Shown piece after piece: positions 39,014 through 47,298 of a DNA stretch of 64,000 bases. The DNA is taken from contig CAKOXX010000003.1 in assembly GCA_934130405.1 (NCBI GenBank), positions 13,643 to 77,642 on the forward strand. The letters run 5' to 3'. The notes below the pieces were generated by a model. It searched no databases, was not told the origin of the DNA, and worked only from the letters and a program-made list of their open reading frames with translations. Each line of letters opens with the position of its first letter. Position 1 is the stretch's first letter. This stretch comes from an uncultured Bacilli bacterium (GTDB lineage Bacteria; Bacillota_I; Bacilli_A; RF39; UBA660). A program made the translations under genes and the position numbers.

Positions 39014-39225
39014 TAATCTAGATAATCAGAATATGACATTGTTTTAGGTTTAAAACTATGTCCAGTATTCAAATACTCATTGTATGCAATAATACCTGCT
39101 TGTTTTACTTCGCTTTTTGTTGTGAATCCCGACTTATTTTTAAATTTTCTTTTTCCATCGATTGAAGCAATTTCAAATTTATATTTATATCCTTCCCATC
39201 TTTTTTGAACTATTACATCAGCCAT
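39013..39225 (-). pseudogene. tyrosine integrase N-terminal fragment (AP2-like Arm DNA-binding domain)
   Basis: MADVIVQKRWEGYKYKFEIASIDGKRKFKNKSGFTTKSEVKQAGIIAYNEY... matches the Arm-type domain pattern (GKRK..K.GF.TK.EA). It is truncated after 70 aa. Confidence 0.65.
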
Positions 39226-39257
39226 AATAATTTCTCATCCATTTACAATTAAGTAAA

Positions 39258-39284
39258 TGAAAAAGTTGACACGAATGCCAACTT
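39258..39284 (-). terminator. rho-independent terminator between secA and the integrase fragment
   Basis: AAGTTG-N10-CAACTT hairpin followed by TTTTTC on the minus strand. Confidence 0.5.
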
Positions 39285-39289
39285 TATAG

Positions 39290-39312
39290 TGTTTGCAAAC
39301 AAATTGCAAACA
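39290..39312. repeat. TTGCAAACA repeat cluster B
   Basis: TGTTTGCAAACA (perfect 12-bp palindrome)-AA-TTGCAAACA. It lies between the secA stop and the integrase fragment. Confidence 0.8.
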
Positions 39313-39373
39313 TTTTGCCATTTTCAGCACTTTTTTAAATTTTCCAAAATTGCTCAAACCCTTATTTTATGGG

Positions 39374-41860
39374 CTATTTACCACAACATTGTTTATATTT
39401 TTTACCACTGCCACAAGGACAAGGATCATTACGACCTACTTTTGTACTCTTCTTAGGTTTCTTTACTGCATCTGATTTGTCATCATTAGTTTGAACACTT
39501 TTAGTGACAGGTTTACGTTCAATATTTTGTTGAATCTCGGCTTTTAATAAGAAAACACTAACATCATGATCAATCTTTTGTAACATTTGATCAAATAAAT
39601 CAAAACCTTCTGTACTATATGCTCTTAATGGATCTTCTTGACCATAACTACGTAAATAAATTCCTTCACGTAAATGACTCATTATGTTAATTTGTTCCAT
39701 CCAGTAATTATCAATAACTTGTAAAGATAGTGCTTTTTCAAATTCACTAGTAACTTCTACTGGAACATCACTAAGTTTTTCTTCATACTCAGATTTTGCT
39801 TTATTATATAGAAAATCAACTATTTCATCATCTATCATTGAATTAATTTCATCATCTTTAATATCATCTCTTAGAAGATTCTCATTAGCAAAAGAAACAA
39901 TTTCTTTCTTATCTTGTTCACTCATATCACCATCAACAGTATGAGACTTAACTAAATCAGTAACATAATTTCTCATACATTCAAGTACTTGTTCGTGAAC
40001 TGAATCACTATCTAGAATCTCATTTCTTCTACCATACATGATTTCACGTTGGGTATTCATTACGTCATCATATTGTAGCAATTGTTTTCTAGCATCAAAG
40101 TTATTTCCTTCAACTCTTTTTTGAGCAGTTGTAATGGCTTTTGAAAAATATTTATTTTGAATAGCTTGATCTCCGAAACCAAAACTAGTCATCATTTCTT
40201 TAATCTTTTCACTACCAAAACGAATCATTAAATCGTCTTCCATAGATACAAAGAATTGTGTAAATCCGGGATCACCTTGACGACCAGAACGTCCTCTTAA
40301 CTGATTATCAATACGACGTGATTCATGACGTTCAGTACCAATTACACAAAGTCCACCTAATTCTCTGATTTCATCTGATAACTTAATATCAGTACCACGA
40401 CCAGCCATATTAGTAGCGATAGTAACTGATTTATGTTGACCAATCTTAGAAATTATTTCTGCTTCTCTTGCATGATTCTTAGCATTTAATATTTCGTGAG
40501 GAATCTTTTCTTTCTTTAATAAAGTACTAATCAATTCACTAGTTTCAATAGCAATAGTACCAATTAAGACAGGTTGACCTTTGGCATATCTTTCTTTTAC
40601 TTCATTAATAATTGCTTTATATTTAGCATTTTTAGTAGCAAATACTAAGTCAGGAGCATCAATTCTAGCAACTGGTTTATTTGTAGGAATACAAATTACA
40701 TACATATTATAAATATCACGGAATTCTTCCTCTTCTGTTTTAGCAGTACCAGTCATACCTGATAATTTCTTATACATTCTAAATAAGTTCTGGAAAGTTA
40801 TAGTGGCTAAAGTCTTTGTCTCTTGATTAATACGAACTCCTTCTTTAGCTTCAATTGCTTGATGAAGTCCATCACTATAGGCACGACCTTTCATCAAACG
40901 TCCAGTAAATTGGTCTACTATAACAACTTCTCCATCTTGAACAACATAATCAACATCTAATTTCATTGAATAATTTGCTCTTAAAGCTTGATTAATATAA
41001 TGAACTAAAGTAGCATTTTCTACTTCATAAAGATTTTTAACTCTAAAGGCTTTTTCTGCTTTCTCACTACCTTCATCTGTTAATGTTACACTTTTAGTAG
41101 TTTCATCATATAAGTAATCAACATCATCCTTTAAACTCTTTACAAAGCTATCGGCATCTTGATAAAGGTTAGCACTAACTAACTGACCTCCAGAAATAAT
41201 TAAAGGAGTTCTTGCTTCATCGATTAAAACTGAATCTACTTCATCAACGATAGCAAAATTTAATGGTCTTTGAACTCTGTCTTCTTTTCTAATAACCATA
41301 TTATCTCTTAGGTAATCAAAACCGATTTCATTATTAGTAGAATATAAAATATCACAAGCATAAGCTTCCTGCTTTTCTTTTGGATTTAGTTCTCTTGTAT
41401 TAACTCCTACTGTTAAACCTAAAAATCTATGAATGCCACCCATCCATTCTGCATCACGAGTAGCTAAGTATTCATTAACAGTAATAATATGAACACCTTT
41501 TCCGTCTAAAGCATTTAAATAAGCTGGTAATACTGATGTTAAAGTTTTACCTTCACCAGTTTTCATTTCTGCTATATTACCATAGTGAATAGCTAAAGCA
41601 CCAACTATTTGAACATAGAAAGGTTTTTCTCCAATAACACGATAGGCGGCTTCTCTTGCTGTTGCAAAAGCTTCTACTAATATATCTTCTAATGTTTCAC
41701 CATTTGCTAAACGTTTCTTAAATTCTTCTGTTTTATTTTTTAACTCTTCATCTGATAATTTTTGGTATTCTTCATCAAGTGCAACTATTTTATCAGCTAA
41801 AGATTCAAATTTTTTTAATTCTTTATATTCATGATCAAACAATCTTGTAAATATTCCCAT
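39374..41860 (-). CDS. secA: preprotein translocase ATPase SecA
   Basis: Full-length SecA with MKTGEGKT Walker A, DEVDS, helicase motifs and a C-terminal SEC-C zinc motif CPCGSGKKYKQCCGK. The start is moved to MGIFTRLF (ATG 41860, GAGGAG SD). Confidence 0.97.
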   Translation of the reverse strand: MGIFTRLFDHEYKELKKFESLADKIVALDEEYQKLSDEELKNKTEEFKKRLANGETLEDILVEAFATAREAAYRVIGEKPFYVQIVGALAIHYGNIAEMKTGEGKTLTSVLPAYLNALDGKGVHIITVNEYLATRDAEWMGGIHRFLGLTVGVNTRELNPKEKQEAYACDILYSTNNEIGFDYLRDNMVIRKEDRVQRPLNFAIVDEVDSVLIDEARTPLIISGGQLVSANLYQDADSFVKSLKDDVDYLYDETTKSVTLTDEGSEKAEKAFRVKNLYEVENATLVHYINQALRANYSMKLDVDYVVQDGEVVIVDQFTGRLMKGRAYSDGLHQAIEAKEGVRINQETKTLATITFQNLFRMYKKLSGMTGTAKTEEEEFRDIYNMYVICIPTNKPVARIDAPDLVFATKNAKYKAIINEVKERYAKGQPVLIGTIAIETSELISTLLKKEKIPHEILNAKNHAREAEIISKIGQHKSVTIATNMAGRGTDIKLSDEIRELGGLCVIGTERHESRRIDNQLRGRSGRQGDPGFTQFFVSMEDDLMIRFGSEKIKEMMTSFGFGDQAIQNKYFSKAITTAQKRVEGNNFDARKQLLQYDDVMNTQREIMYGRRNEILDSDSVHEQVLECMRNYVTDLVKSHTVDGDMSEQDKKEIVSFANENLLRDDIKDDEINSMIDDEIVDFLYNKAKSEYEEKLSDVPVEVTSEFEKALSLQVIDNYWMEQINIMSHLREGIYLRSYGQEDPLRAYSTEGFDLFDQMLQKIDHDVSVFLLKAEIQQNIERKPVTKSVQTNDDKSDAVKKPKKSTKVGRNDPCPCGSGKKYKQCCGK

Positions 41861-41937
41861 TGTAAACATCTCCTCAAGGATTATTGTAACAAAAAAAGGA
41901 GACAATAGAAAGCATTTTCTCCCATTTTACACTATTT

Positions 41938-44232
41938 CTAAATGCTTACACAACTTTCTCCATGATACCAAGCATCTACTATAACTGGAGTCACAATATC
42001 ATCTATAACTTTTTCTATTTGTCTTGCTCCAAATTTTTCATAGTTCGTCTTTGAAATAATTTTTTCCACAATATCTGTGGATATTTCTACTTTTATATTT
42101 TTCTTTTGAAAAGCTTCTATCAATGTTACTAGTTTCATATTAACAATTTTTTCTATATCATTTTTTGTTAATTCTCTAAAATGATATTTTTTATCAATTC
42201 TGTTAACAAATTCTACTCCCAAAAATTCTTCAATATCTTTGTTACTTATTTCGTCAGTTGAAACAAATCCTATGTCTTTGTTAGCACCACCTAAATTAGT
42301 TGTCATAAAAAGAAAAATGTGGTCAAAAGACACTTTTCTGCCTTTAGCATCTTTCAAATATCCTTCATCCATTACTTGAAGAAATAATTTTAAGACTGAT
42401 GGTGAAGCTTTTTCTATTTCATCTAGGAGTATAACACAATGTGGATAAAGTCTTATCTGATCTAATACTGTCTGATGATTATCAAAACCAACATACCCTG
42501 GAGGAGCTCCTAAAATTTTACTAACTGAATGTTCTTCTTTATATTCACTCATATCAAGTCTTATAAAATGGTCTTTACCATATAAAAGCGAAGCATATTC
42601 TTTTACTAAGTAGGTTTTTCCTATTCCTGTCGCCCCAGATAAGAGAAAAGTATGTATCTTCGGAGTATCTTGGAAACCTAACTGTACTTTCTTAGTTAAA
42701 TTACATAAATCGTGAATAATTTCATCTTGCCCAACTATTTTAGCTAGTAATTCTTTTTCTATAGAAAACAATTTTGTTTTGTTTCCTTCTATTATTTCAT
42801 AAACAGGTATTTTTGTTTTTAAATAAATTACTTCTGCTATCATTTCTTTTGTTATTTTCTTGGGTTTCCTTTTACCAATTAGTGAAATCTCTAACTCATT
42901 CTTTTTAGTTATTAAGTTCTTTTCACTTTGTTTTAGTTTAGAAGCTTTTTTAAAATTTTGTTCTAACACAGCTTTTTTCTTTTCAGTTACTACCTTTTTT
43001 AATGAATCATTAAGTCTTTTTAACTCTTTATCTTTTTTATCCTCTACAAGACTTGCTCTTGAACAAACCTCATCTAGTATATCTATTGCTTTATCAGGTT
43101 GATAATAATCATAGATATATGTATTTGATAATTCAACTATCATATCAATCATTTCATCGGAAATAGAAACTGAGTGATATGCTTCATAAAGTGGTTTTAG
43201 TTTCTTTAAGATTTCTTTTGTTTTATCTTTATTTGGTTCTTCTACTAATATTATTTGAAATCTTCTATTTAAAGCTTTATCTTTTTCAATAAATTCTCGA
43301 TATTCTGCTACCGTAGTAGCACCAATTAAATGAATTTTTCCCCTTGCTAAAGCTGGTTTTAAGATATTTGATGCATCAATAGCTCCTTCTGCACCACCTG
43401 CTCCAACTAAAGTATGAATTTCATCTATAAATATTAGATATTCATCATGTTCTTCAATTTCTTTTAGTATTTTTCCTACTCTTTCTTCAAATTCTCCTCG
43501 ATATTTTGTACCTGCTACTAAGGAAGCCATTGATAATGAAAGAATCACTTTTCCCTTTAAAGAACGAGGTACATTATCGTTAACTATTTGTCTTGCTAAT
43601 TCTTCTACAATAGCAGTTTTTCCTACTCCTGCTTCACCTAATAATAAAGGATTATTTTTAGTTCTTCTGCAAAGAATTTCTATCATTCTTTTGATTTCAT
43701 CTTCTCTACCTATTACAGGATCTATTTCATTAGATACAATTCTTTTATTCAAATTGACAGAAAACTCTTCTATTAATAATTTTTTATGATTACTAACTTT
43801 TTTCTCACAAAATGAAGTAGAAAATTCTTGATATAAAGAATCTATATCTATATTCATTCCCATCAATAATCTTATAGCAATTCCTTCACCCTCTTCTAAA
43901 AGTGATAAAAATAATTCTGTTACTGATACTTCACTTTCTTTATTCTCTTTGCTATTAAGTATCGCTGTTTCTAAGACTCTTTTTAATAATGGTGTATATA
44001 AAAACCAATCATTAGTTGTTTTACCTATTCCTACTACTCTTATTAATTCGTCTTTAAATTTATCATAAGTTAGACCTAATTGTTTTAAATGACTAGTTAC
44101 TTTTAACTCTTTCATTGAGAGTATTGCTAAGAGTAAGTGTTCACTTCCAACATATGGATGCCGTAAAAGACGCATTTCTTTTCTAGCTAATACTAAAGCT
44201 TTCTGAGCATCTTCACTGAATTTCGAAAACAT
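41938..44232 (-). CDS. clpC: ATP-dependent Clp protease ATP-binding subunit ClpC
   Basis: Clp_N repeats, two AAA+ modules (GEAGVGKTA and SGATGIGKT), a UVR-like middle motif (VLEQNFKKASKLK) and an IGF ClpP-docking loop. Confidence 0.9.
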   Translation of the reverse strand: MFSKFSEDAQKALVLARKEMRLLRHPYVGSEHLLLAILSMKELKVTSHLKQLGLTYDKFKDELIRVVGIGKTTNDWFLYTPLLKRVLETAILNSKENKESEVSVTELFLSLLEEGEGIAIRLLMGMNIDIDSLYQEFSTSFCEKKVSNHKKLLIEEFSVNLNKRIVSNEIDPVIGREDEIKRMIEILCRRTKNNPLLLGEAGVGKTAIVEELARQIVNDNVPRSLKGKVILSLSMASLVAGTKYRGEFEERVGKILKEIEEHDEYLIFIDEIHTLVGAGGAEGAIDASNILKPALARGKIHLIGATTVAEYREFIEKDKALNRRFQIILVEEPNKDKTKEILKKLKPLYEAYHSVSISDEMIDMIVELSNTYIYDYYQPDKAIDILDEVCSRASLVEDKKDKELKRLNDSLKKVVTEKKKAVLEQNFKKASKLKQSEKNLITKKNELEISLIGKRKPKKITKEMIAEVIYLKTKIPVYEIIEGNKTKLFSIEKELLAKIVGQDEIIHDLCNLTKKVQLGFQDTPKIHTFLLSGATGIGKTYLVKEYASLLYGKDHFIRLDMSEYKEEHSVSKILGAPPGYVGFDNHQTVLDQIRLYPHCVILLDEIEKASPSVLKLFLQVMDEGYLKDAKGRKVSFDHIFLFMTTNLGGANKDIGFVSTDEISNKDIEEFLGVEFVNRIDKKYHFRELTKNDIEKIVNMKLVTLIEAFQKKNIKVEISTDIVEKIISKTNYEKFGARQIEKVIDDIVTPVIVDAWYHGESCVSI

Positions 44233-44311
44233 AACCTTTCCTCCTTGTATAATTCTATTTTAACGAGGAAAAATGGTTCTTTTCAACACTTTTAGTACCC
44301 TAAAAAATGAC

Positions 44312-44337
44312 AAAAAAAATTAGTCCAAGACTAATTT
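44312..44337 (-). terminator. rho-independent terminator after the orphan paralog
   Basis: AAATTAGTC-CAA-GACTAATTT hairpin overlapping the stop, followed by a T-run on the minus strand. Confidence 0.6.
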
Positions 44338-44888
44338 AATTGTTCTACTGCTGATATTCTAACTTTTCCATAATATGATTTTCCGATAGCATCATTTTCT
44401 GCTGTTAAGTTTAGCCAAGTACGTAATTCAAAATTCTGTGTAGTATTTCCTGCTATTGAATATGAACCAAGTTTATTACTACTACTTGCTAAACTTCCAC
44501 TTGCCACTGACGTTCCATCTTTCTTTAAATCATAAGATAAATAACTATACGTTACTAAGGAACAACCATTGCAAGATGTTGTATCATCATCTAAGTAAAC
44601 ATCATAATTAATTGTTCTTGTTCCTGTATTTTTTAGTGAAAAGTTATATGGGGTAGATGCTAAACCGTCGCTATCTTCTTGAGGAATAGCATTTGTTACA
44701 CTAATAGTAGATGTTCCTTCTACATAATTTAATTGTAAATCTTTTGCTACTAGTGTGACATTTTGTGTTCCGTTTAACGTCATTTTTGAAAGTGCAAAAC
44801 TAATACCTGCTATTAAAAAAATCAATATAAATAAGCCAACAATTAATAGTATGTTTTTACTATTATCAACTTTTATACTATCTTTCAT
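44331..44888 (-). CDS. membrane-anchored/secreted beta-rich protein, paralog of the sipW-locus family
   Basis: N-terminal hydrophobic segment, then ISVTNAIPQEDSDG...YNFSLKNTGTRTINYDVYL...FELRTWLNL...YYGKVRISAVE. These blocks are the same as in 61163-61678, 62534-63166 and 63261-63863. Confidence 0.6.
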   Translation of the reverse strand: MKDSIKVDNSKNILLIVGLFILIFLIAGISFALSKMTLNGTQNVTLVAKDLQLNYVEGTSTISVTNAIPQEDSDGLASTPYNFSLKNTGTRTINYDVYLDDDTTSCNGCSLVTYSYLSYDLKKDGTSVASGSLASSSNKLGSYSIAGNTTQNFELRTWLNLTAENDAIGKSYYGKVRISAVEQLN

Positions 44889-44977
44889 TATCTCTACCTC
44901 ACTTTATTATATATATTAAGTTTATAACCTATTTGAAAAAATGTATATATTTTATGCTTATATAGCATATTTTATTT

Positions 44978-45006
44978 GTAAAAAAAAAGAGAAAATCTCT
45001 TTTTTA
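44978..45006 (-). terminator. rho-independent terminator after the yfcC-like gene
   Basis: AAAAAGAG-N5-CTCTTTTT hairpin with a T-run, overlapping the TAA stop. Confidence 0.55.
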
Positions 45007-46590
45007 GATTAGAACTAAAATTGTAAAGACAATGAATGATACTGCTAGTAGTTCTAATAATATTTTCCAAATATATTTTAACCAATCTTTATATGATACT
45101 TTTAAGTATGCTAATGTTACCATTAAAGTTATACTTGTAGGTGCTACTAATGCAATTATACCATACAATGTTTGGAATATAACTGATACTACAGGATATG
45201 AATCTGTTGCTGTTACTACACTTACGAAGTAAGGTAAAACACTATAGAATGCATATACTGGGTCTCCGTTAATAATACTTGAAACAATTGCTACAAGACC
45301 AGTTGTAAATACATTGAATCCTTTGGTTAATCCTAATATAGCTTTATAAATAACTAATTGATAAGGATTATATGTAGTAAGAACTAAAATTAAGTAAACT
45401 ACAAAAGCAACAAATGCTGGTAATAGGGCTTTTCTTAATCCATTACTAAATCCTACAATCATATCATCCCAAGTAATTTTATAAACATATTTAATAATTA
45501 CAAGAGCAAGTAATAGTAGAATGATAACTTCAACTAAAGTCCAACTACCAAATGCTGGAACAGAGCTTCCTAGTATTTTTCCAAATATAGGGAAACTAGT
45601 ATTTAAAGTTTTAGTAATTCCTGTAAAGAATTTAGCTTTTACTCCAAAACTACCAATTAATACTACAACTGTAAATAAAGCAACAAGTCCATCAATAATG
45701 ATATATGTTTTTTTACTTGATTTTTTAGCAAATAGAATAACATTAATTATTACAAGTAATGCTAATAAAGCAACATAAGCTGGAACTGTAAATCCTGTAA
45801 CAGCTGTTTTAATGTCTTCAAATAAGTTAACATTAAATGAATTAGTCCAAGAAATAAATCCTAATATAGTAACTACTAGAATAGTATCAATTATAGCTAC
45901 TAATGGCCAATTTTTCTTTTTCTTCTTATCTTGTTTTACAGCTTCAGGAATATAGTCATCTTCATCTTTTGTTGATGTTGTACTTTCTTTCTTACCAAAC
46001 TTCAAAACATTAGCTAATAAAATTACTAATCCTAAAGCAAGTAAAATTATTTTAGTCCAGATTTGAGTTGTGGTTTTTACTGATAAATATTGTTGTAGCA
46101 TTTGTGTTGTGCTATATGCAAATGTTGTTCCCATTAGTCCAATAGCAACACTTCCTGCAGTTACAGCAGTAGCAGCTAATTTGTTATATCCTAGCATTAA
46201 TACTAAAGAAATAACAAATGGGAATAGCATTAGTAGTGCAAGTTGCATTCCACAGAATGATGTTAAAATAGCAAATAAAGAAGCAATTATAATAATACAA
46301 ATATGTTCTTTACCTTTAAACTTTTTAACAATGGCATCTAGCATTTTTCTATATGCGCCAACTTTTACTAATACTCCATAGAATCCACCAATTACCAAGA
46401 TGAATAATGATACATATCCAAAATAACCTAATACTGTATTTTGATAAGATAATAAATCAAATATTCCAACTTGTGATCTACCTATCTCTTGATAACTAGA
46501 TTGATAAGTAGCAGCTGGTAAAATCCAGGTCAAAAGCACAAATACAGATAGCGTAATTAAACTAACTTTCAATGCATTATGTTTTTTCAT
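45004..46590 (-). CDS. YfcC/DcuC-like anaerobic C4-dicarboxylate-carrier-family membrane transporter
   Basis: About 12 TM segments, an N-terminal ...LTWILPAATY... segment typical of YfcC-family proteins, and a central Lys-rich loop. The start is moved to the ATG at 46590 (GGAGAAG SD). Confidence 0.65.
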   Translation of the reverse strand: MKKHNALKVSLITLSVFVLLTWILPAATYQSSYQEIGRSQVGIFDLLSYQNTVLGYFGYVSLFILVIGGFYGVLVKVGAYRKMLDAIVKKFKGKEHICIIIIASLFAILTSFCGMQLALLMLFPFVISLVLMLGYNKLAATAVTAGSVAIGLMGTTFAYSTTQMLQQYLSVKTTTQIWTKIILLALGLVILLANVLKFGKKESTTSTKDEDDYIPEAVKQDKKKKKNWPLVAIIDTILVVTILGFISWTNSFNVNLFEDIKTAVTGFTVPAYVALLALLVIINVILFAKKSSKKTYIIIDGLVALFTVVVLIGSFGVKAKFFTGITKTLNTSFPIFGKILGSSVPAFGSWTLVEVIILLLLALVIIKYVYKITWDDMIVGFSNGLRKALLPAFVAFVVYLILVLTTYNPYQLVIYKAILGLTKGFNVFTTGLVAIVSSIINGDPVYAFYSVLPYFVSVVTATDSYPVVSVIFQTLYGIIALVAPTSITLMVTLAYLKVSYKDWLKYIWKILLELLAVSFIVFTILVLI

Positions 46591-46647
46591 ATTTTCTTCT
46601 CCTTCCATATATTAATTATACGAATAATAACTTTGTTTTACAAGCAA

Positions 46648-47244
46648 TTAGCGATTTTTTTTGTGAATTTTTTGTGAAAAATTCTCTTCACATTTTAAGA
46701 AAAATTCCTTAAAAATTCGTCTTGAAGCATCATCTTTTTCATATAAACTTTCAGGGTGCCACTGCACTCCTAGGAAAAAGGAATTATCTTTAATTTCTAC
46801 TGCTTCGATACAATTATCTAGACTTCTAGCACTAACATATAGTGATGATAGTTTGGGAATGTAATCGTTATGTCTTGAATTAACAAAAGTTTCTTCTTTT
46901 TTTACTATGTTATACAAAAAACTATCTTTTTTAATCGATATTAAATGTTCAGTACCATTGTGATTACTTATCTTTTTAGTTATATCTTTTTCCTCATTTA
47001 GTAAAAAAGCAGAAATTTCTTGCATTCCAAGACATACTCCTAGTATAGGAATATTGTTTTCCTTTGCATATTTGATTAGTTTAATGTCTTCTTTGTACCA
47101 ACCATCTCCACCTGGTAAATAAAAGCCATCATATTTAGAATATTTGTCTTCTTCTTTTGGACTAAATATTTCATAATTAATTTGTTCTTTTTCAAACGGA
47201 ATAAGTTTAAATTCATCACTTCGATAAGCTATTCCTATTAACAT
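46648..47244 (-). CDS. class I glutamine amidotransferase-like / peptidase C26 (gamma-glutamyl hydrolase) family protein
   Basis: GVCLGMQ nucleophile elbow and GVQWHPE motif. Confidence 0.75.
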   Translation of the reverse strand: MLIGIAYRSDEFKLIPFEKEQINYEIFSPKEEDKYSKYDGFYLPGGDGWYKEDIKLIKYAKENNIPILGVCLGMQEISAFLLNEEKDITKKISNHNGTEHLISIKKDSFLYNIVKKEETFVNSRHNDYIPKLSSLYVSARSLDNCIEAVEIKDNSFFLGVQWHPESLYEKDDASRRIFKEFFLKCEENFSQKIHKKNR

Positions 47245-47273
47245 TTTTTCATATACACCTCAATATATAGTAT

Positions 47274-47298
47274 AAAAAAAGAAGGAAATTAATTCCTC
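47274..47298 (-). terminator. rho-independent terminator after lysS
   Basis: AGGAA-N5-TTCCT hairpin followed by TTTTTTT on the minus strand. Confidence 0.5.

Larger units (their letters stand above)
36116..39417 (-). mobile_element. decayed integrative mobilizable element inserted at the secA 3' end
   Basis: Bounded by two copies of the SEC-C coding end. Contains an integrase Arm-domain fragment next to secA, a MobC C-terminal fragment, a second integrase fragment, a GNAT gene and a 327-aa orphan. TTGCAAACA repeat clusters sit just inside both ends. Confidence 0.55.

Noticed and set aside
39293-39475. 60-aa plus-strand ORF overlapping the secA 3' end.
   Set aside because: It is antisense to the secA stop region and the repeat cluster, has a TTG start, and shows no motif. 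It is a shadow ORF.
44233-44330. Looked for a CtsR operator (GGTCAAA-N3-GGTCAAA) and ctsR-mcsA-mcsB genes upstream of clpC.
   Set aside because: There is no GGTCAAA repeat in the 98-nt upstream region, and the upstream gene is unrelated. The absence is noted, but I cannot conclude anything about regulation from it.
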